A stretch of DNA of 64,000 nt from Stylophora pistillata (Eukaryota). A program made the translations under genes and the position numbers. The notes under the pieces are model-generated. The model saw only the letters and a program-made list of their open reading frames with translations, was not told the DNA's origin and made no database searches. Positions 61,401-64,000 of this stretch are shown here, piece after piece. The stretch covers positions 1,313,998-1,377,997 of the forward strand of contig NW_019217790.1 of NCBI RefSeq assembly GCF_002571385.2. Direction: 5' to 3'. The stretch's first letter is position 1, and the number at the start of each line of letters is the position of its first letter.

Positions 61401-63760
61401 CCTGTGGATACTTCTTCCTCTGCATGTGGCCATGCAACACTCCTCAGAGACGAGCTCTATTAAGGACTTTGTCAGAGGTTGAGCCATAGACAAGGTACCA
61501 TGTTCATAAAACAATCTGTGTCACAAAATATTATTTATGTATATGCTACAATCAATCAATTTTTGTGCCTCTTCTATTATACCAGGTTGTGGAAGCTGTG
61601 CTATGGAAATTGACCCCACAGTATAATGGCCTGTTTTATGCAGACAGCACCTTGGCTGAAATTATTAAAATTGGATGTAATACATATTTGGTTTGGTCAG
61701 GAGAGAGATTCTCAAATGTTACCAGGATATTTGTTCAGATCATAAAATCTGGAAGCCACTGGACTCTGTTGGTAAGTGTAACATACACACTGGTAACATT
61801 ACTCAATGGCTATCTGAATCATATACATTTATTTCTTGACCAGTGGTTTCTATAACAAAATTAAATTACAAATTAAATTACACTAAATCTAACGACCAAA
61901 AATAAATGACAAATGAAATAAAAAAAACCAAATAAACAGGTGGAATGAAAACTTAAAACACACCTGACGGTTTGAATTTTGAAAGAATGCAAGACGCAGC
62001 TTAAAGACATACAACACCAAACTACATAACATAACAAAACTTTTTGCGCAAACACTGCAATATATCTGTTGATGCAAGGGGACTCAACCCCACCACATGA
62101 ATGGATCACTGGTCTCCAAAATTTGTTTTAACAGTAGGCTTTTGTTAAAACTTAATTGAAGTGTTTTACTGAAAGAGATAACCAATTCATAGCAAATTTG
62201 ATTAAGGAAGGGTATGTTTGAGGTGAAATTAAGAGCCCTAACTTCTTGTTTTTAAGATCTTGGACAAATCAACAGCGAGCAGGTACTACTTTGACCCTTT
62301 GGCAGGAGATGTTCCATGAGAAATAAGTCCTCTAACAAATCCTTCTCTTGCATCACTGTTAGATAAGATAAGGTAAGACTAAGTACTGTAGACATGACTT
62401 ATTGACTTGCCCTGTTCTGCCAACAGAAGAGTGAACATGATAGGAAAGTAAGCTACTTTCAGTGCTTTTAACAAGTGTAAAGTTATAAAGTCATAAGCGA
62501 AAAAAACCTGTTCCATTGATTTAGAATGGCAGTCGCTTTGACAATAAAGTAGCCCTTTACTTGCCTGTCATTATATTTGTAGTGAGGTAGCTGACACCAA
62601 AACAGGCTGGCTTTCTCTGGCCTTGCATCAAGCCCGTGCACTTTAAACAGAAGGATGGGTACAACTGTGGAATTCTCATTTGTCTCATAAGCAGATAACT
62701 CGCTATGCACCCACAGGCGACATTTAGTTTATAGTTTGATATAGAAGTCGCTATTCTTATTAAATCATGAGGTGCTAAGGTATGAAATCTTTACCCTCAC
62801 AAAATAACGAGCATTACCATTCGACATGCTAGCAGCTGGATGAAGTGCATTCGATTATTTATACCTGGACAACCAATGGTTTCTGCCTTAAAAGGAATTT
62901 AAGGGAATACTGCATATTCTTCACTCATTTTTCCCAATAATTGATTGTCATTTTCAACCGTTTCTTTCAGTTTGCAAGATGTTTGTGCAAAGAATCCTCT
63001 GTAGATGCAGCTTTCGACATACCAACCAAACATGCACGACTAACGTCTATGGTGTTTGGCTGTTGTTATGATGACATTCACGAATAAGTAACCTAAGTAA
63101 CAGCTTGTTTCCAAACTGCATATCCTTTAACCTTTCCAAGCATCAGGTTTGATCCTGATACAGGGTTAAGAGTCAAAGTCAGAGATCTGAGCCAATAAAG
63201 AAGAGATATTTAATTGAATGATAATGAAATATATGTTTCGTCTGCTGTATGAGAAATATCAAAGTCGGCAAAGTGTGCCATGACAACGATGGAGAAGATA
63301 GGCTGGAATGTGACAGTTGTGGCCAGTACTTCCACACAAGTTGCACCAAAGTGGACTTCTCAGAAACTCTCTCTAGCTACTTTGTCTGCCCTTGTTCATA
63401 TTACATAAACAAAAAACTAGACTCAATGCTGCAAGGAGAATCTCTCTCAAAATTTACTTTTTAAGAGATGAAATTATTGTCTAAAATTCAAACATTACTG
63501 TTAGGTTTATTGGCACATTGATAACCTTGTAAATAGCTCATCTGAAAACATTTGTATTAGTTTTGTATATCTTTATACTCTGTTCAGTGCGATCTTACAC
63601 ATTTTGGGTTTGAACTTTTTGTGGGGAACAAGTGCTACACCTTACATGACGTTTTTAATTTTGACCGCTGTACCTGTTTGTGCGACCCTCGACGAATGCC
63701 TTCGATACAGTGTCACCCAACAGAGCTGAATAACGTGAATGCATGCGCTAGCTTTTTTTG
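58420..63760 (+). mobile_element. Decayed Mutator-like (MULE) transposon with transposase, SWIM finger, Ulp1/C48 peptidase and PHD finger remnants
   Basis: EIAAIEEQFPGSVAYICDFH (~59507-59571), NTSNRI*AQNK (catalytic E position is TAA at 59851), SWIM CTCEAWQKSQYPSKH, SHWTLL (~61754), YYFDPL (~62284), KQKDGYNCGILIC (~62645) and PHD-like LECDSCGQYFHTSC..FVCPC (63249 ORF). There are many stops, and degenerate inverted ends at ~58420-58490 and ~63685-63760. Confidence 0.8.
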
Positions 63761-64000
63761 CGGAAACACGGATCTTGAGTCATTCGCATGAATGATTTCC
63801 TATTCTGTTGTTTTGAGATGTCGTTTGCCTTGCTGCCTTTCTTTTACAGAACAACTCCAAAACCTTGGTACACCCCCTGAAAAGTTTCAAAAATTAATTT
63901 TCTCCTTAAAACCTCTGGAAATAGGAAAATGCCTTCGACGAAAACAGAGTTCCTCGGTTTTAAAAGACAGCCCTTACTATTTTGCGCTAATTTCGCTAAA

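Overview
This is AT-rich, intron-rich animal genomic DNA; the repeat families look cnidarian/stony-coral-like, which is an inference. I reconstructed eight protein-coding genes by hand from GT-AG splice sites and reading frame. They are: a type II transmembrane collagen-like gene (runs off the left edge), a phospholipid scramblase (PLSCR family), RNF7/RBX2, DCUN1D1/2 (DCN1), an intronless SNX22/24-like PX gene, CWC15, a FAM122/PABIR-family PP2A-B55 inhibitor, and RANBP2/Nup358 (first exons not found in the window). The right end holds a decayed ~5.3-kb Mutator-like transposon carrying transposase, SWIM, Ulp1-peptidase and PHD remnants. Introns contain many non-autonomous elements: a family with 9-bp TSDs and TA(C/G)..(C/G)TA ends (AcademH-like), TTAA piggyBac-like and TA-TSD MITEs, head-to-head tRNA-derived repeats, and Penelope-type palindromes with degenerate hammerhead cores. 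The notable anomalies are an in-frame TAG ahead of the fourth Ran-binding domain of RANBP2, dispersed IR1/IR2 SUMO-E3 repeats in RANBP2, an apparently identical 1.5-kb copy of PLSCR exons 4-5 inside intron 6, and a 570-bp palindrome abutting an N-gap. Several of these may be assembly artefacts. I found no convincing wholly new biological system.
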